Shown piece after piece: positions 61,031-64,000 of a stretch of DNA of 64,000 bases. The notes beneath the pieces were generated by a model. It searched no databases. It was given only the letters and a program-made list of their open reading frames with translations, and was not told where the DNA came from. A program made the translations under genes and the position numbers. This DNA is from Protoeuglena noctilucae (lineage: Eukaryota). The stretch covers positions 62,001-126,000 of the forward strand of contig OY253688.1 of NCBI GenBank assembly GCA_958009085.1, in the 5' to 3' direction. Each line of letters begins with the position of its first letter. Position 1 is the stretch's first letter.

Positions 61031-64000
61031 ATGAGGAGTGCGAAGATGCAAGCCCGTGGCTGCCTGGCGTTCATATGCGCCGTCATTGCCTGCGCTGTGA
61101 GCCAGGCCAAGCGCACGCGCCGGTGCTCCGTGGGATGCTTGTATGGCGCGGAACGTTGCCCGACAACTGGCGTCTGGCTAAGCTATCCGGTGGGCCTTCC
61201 ACTAGCATGCATCGTGCCCGCGCGCGTGCTCGCAGGGGGTCTGGGCCGCAGGCGCTGCGACACTCGAGCCCCCCGCTCTCGATTCCTCAGAATGCGACGC
61301 AGCTTTGCGCGTGTACTTGTCGCGTGATCTCGACAGGTGCGATCGCGCTGCTTCTGCGCCAAGTCAGTCTCTCCAGGGCCGCGCAAGACGCCTTGGATGA
61401 CTTGCGTTCTCCCGTCCTTGCCCGCAGCGTCCGATTGGACGCGCCGATTAAGGCGGGAAGCGCGGAGAATGCTGGGGATACACTACTCTTCTTCATGCAC
61501 ATACCCAGGACAGGGGGGCGGAACGGTGCGGCCGGCTGCGCCCCGGTGATTCGCATGCCCGCACAGCATCCTCTCGCTCTCGCCCACGCGCCCCCGCCTG
61601 GCCCCGCGTCCGCAGCCATGTTGTGCCTCTTGCAGCAGGCGTTCGCCCCGTCGCGGCGGTGCCTGCGCTCCTACGACCGCCTGCGCCTGGAGCGTGGCTG
61701 TGAGCTGGTGTCGACTCACGATGACCTTTCCTCCGCAGCAGAGGCGTCCAGAGATCGGCACGGCCTGGCCGTGGTGACGAGTGAGGTCCATGCGTGGTGC
61801 ATGAGGTGCTAGGAGGCGTGCTGTGGGAGTGACTGAAGGGTGTCTAAGCTGCTGGTGGTGGGCTTGGGTGGTGCTTGTGGCGATGGATATTAGCCCTTCG
61901 CGTTCGCAGCGTTGCGTGACCCGGTGGACCGCGTGATCAGCGCCTACGAGATGGCCGTGGACAGCGGCAGCGCGCAGGTGAGCGAGAGAGGTGGGCGTCT
62001 GCTAACCACCCTCAGCGCACCTCGTGAGCGTGAAGACACACAGCAGAGCAGAGCAGAGTGGGGAACGGGCAAGTGCATAGTTCGCGTGCAGGTGATGCGA
62101 GATTTGAAAGACGCGGCGCCCTCGGAGCCTCCCAGCAGTGGCAGTGGCCGCCACACGGGGCGGCTGCCGATGCCGGTGTCGTCCATTTGGCCCTGGTCGA
62201 CCCTCACCCCTTGGATGGCCGAGGAGATGCGGAAGAGGGCGAGGTGAGAGATGTGCGTTGCTTGGCTGTGTACTGTCACTGCGACGTGAGACGGGGCGGG
62301 GGGGAGCTGAAGCGGGAGGACGGTGTCACCCGGCGCTGCGTCTGTGATTACACTAAAGGGTCTCGTAAATGCTTTCATGCAGGGCCGACCTTCTGCTCAG
62401 TGCACAGCTCCGTGATCAGCACACCTATGGCGTCTTCAATCCCTACGACAACCCCGCCTATCCGTCACGTGAGCTCACGCATTGCATGCATGTGGGGTGG
62501 GCTAGGATCATCACCTGGTTCTTTTGTATCAACATGCCTGCACACTGTCATGTTTGTGGCTGACACAGACCAGAACGGGCTCATAAGCATGACATGTGAC
62601 CTCTCTCGCCCATCTCCCAACACGCAGTGTCGGAGTTCATCGAGTCACATGAGGCGTCAGAAACAGTCCACGACGCCCAGGTGTTCCAGATCCTCGGACT
62701 GACGCCCCAGTCGCGGTTCGCTGAGGCCGACGTGCTGCGGCGGTGCGCGCGGGACAGGCGAGGGGCGGCGGGACTGGCAGCTGCGGGGCGATGTGTGTGA
62801 AACGGATCATGCAGTGTTTGTGGCTGTGGCTGTCGTTCGTTTTGATGCAGAAGTTTGTGTGTATATAGCTGCCCTCGCAGCCCGTGGCACGGCGAGGCTC
62901 TCCTGGCCCTGGCGGAGGCGCGGCTGCGTTCCCTGGCGGCAGTGGGGGTGGCGGAGAGGTCTGCCGAGTCATGGGCCGCCCTGGCTGCGGCGGTGGGGGC
63001 GGACTTAGAGCAACCGGGGTACCTGGTGAGTCACCAGATAGTCAGGCACAGCCACAGAAATGTCAATGGCGTTTGCGATTGGTGATAAAGCTGGGCAGCG
63101 ATGCTGTTGATATCACGATTCAATGACTTACCCGTTTATCTCTCTCTTTCGATCAATCATTCCAGGCTTCCTCGGTGGGCGTGACGTACGAGGGCGTGGG
63201 AGAGGGCGACGATGCCAGGCAGTGGTGGCTGACCGACGAGGAGATGCGACACGGGGAGCCGTTGGGGGTGTCGGCACAGGCGTGCTCGATCGCGGGGCGC
63301 AGGTGAGGGGTGGCTGGGGTTGTTGGGTGGTGTGGGGGTGCAGGTGAGGGTTGCTAGTGTGGGAAAGGGAAAGTCGAGAACCACGTCTTGACTTGACGCC
63401 TCGACATCTTGACACGTTGACATCTCAGCGTCCCACCATCTCAGCTTACTCACCATCTCCTCATCTGATTCCCTCTCACACAGGAAGGAGCGTGACGTGC
63501 GGGTGCAGTCTCTGAAGAATCTCTTTACCCACCATCTGCGCACGACGCCGCACCTCGAGGCACCGGACGCGGGGAGCCGAGGGAGGCACGTCTCCGCTCA
63601 GGGTGAGCAGCCGGGGCACGGAGATGGGACAAGGGATAGTAATGGGTTGAGGGGAGCATGTCTTCTTTGCCAATAGTGAGGTCGGTAATGTTCGGCTGCG
63701 GTTTTTCCTCAACATCCACAATTGTATCCATTCGCATCGCAGCCTGCGTATCAACTTCAGTGTCACTTCATCCTCATGCCCTCTCCTGCCCCCAGTCCGC
63801 CAGCGCATTGCGGATCTCAACCCCCTCGACACGCGGCTGCACGCGGCAGCCTCACGCATGCTGGACGATCGCCTGGCTGAGTTGCGGACAGCAGGTGCGT
63901 TTGTGGTGTTAAGAGATACAGCCGTGTATAGTTAATATAATATCTGTAGTAGATTGCATCACAGTCAAACCGACTGCGGCACACCCTCCCTTCTCTTGCC
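61031..64000 (+). CDS. TPST: Plant-type protein-tyrosine sulfotransferase (3' partial)
   Basis: Signal-like N-terminus; LLFFMHIPRTGGR (5'-PAPS binding); CLRSYDRLRL..CELVSTHDD; LRDPVDRVISAYE (3'-PAPS binding); IWPWSTLTPWM; NPYDNP; LSEFIE..VHDAQVFQILGLT; IADLNPLDTRLH. The window ends within an intron. Confidence 0.88.

Overview
Eukaryotic nuclear DNA: GC-rich, gene-dense and intron-rich, most likely from a chlorophyte green alga. The taxon is inferred from a plant-type TPST, PP7, an NT-C2+DIL protein and a plastid-type membrane protein occurring alongside an animal-like Kv channel. I reconstructed about 19 spliced protein-coding genes by hand; most ORFs in the supplied track are GC-rich shadow frames. 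Recognisable genes are a SAM-dependent methyltransferase, eIF2D, KTI12, a voltage-gated K+ channel, an RRM protein, a claudin/PMP22-like tetraspan protein, an RRM+SPOC protein, a RING-H2 protein, an NT-C2/DIL protein, an SDR, PP7, a polyprenyl diphosphate synthase and TPST. I saw no rRNA, tRNA, CRISPR array or transposase. The most unusual signals are in gene architecture: (1) recurrent local 'echo' duplications of exon edges, often with their splice site, inside adjacent introns; (2) at least 14 frame-supported GC-AG introns; (3) introns with G-rich 5' and C-rich 3' halves; (4) co-oriented genes under 180 bp apart; and (5) an in-frame TAA at the conserved aromatic position of an RRM RNP2 motif. 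All exon boundaries are manual inferences, and several 5' ends are uncertain.
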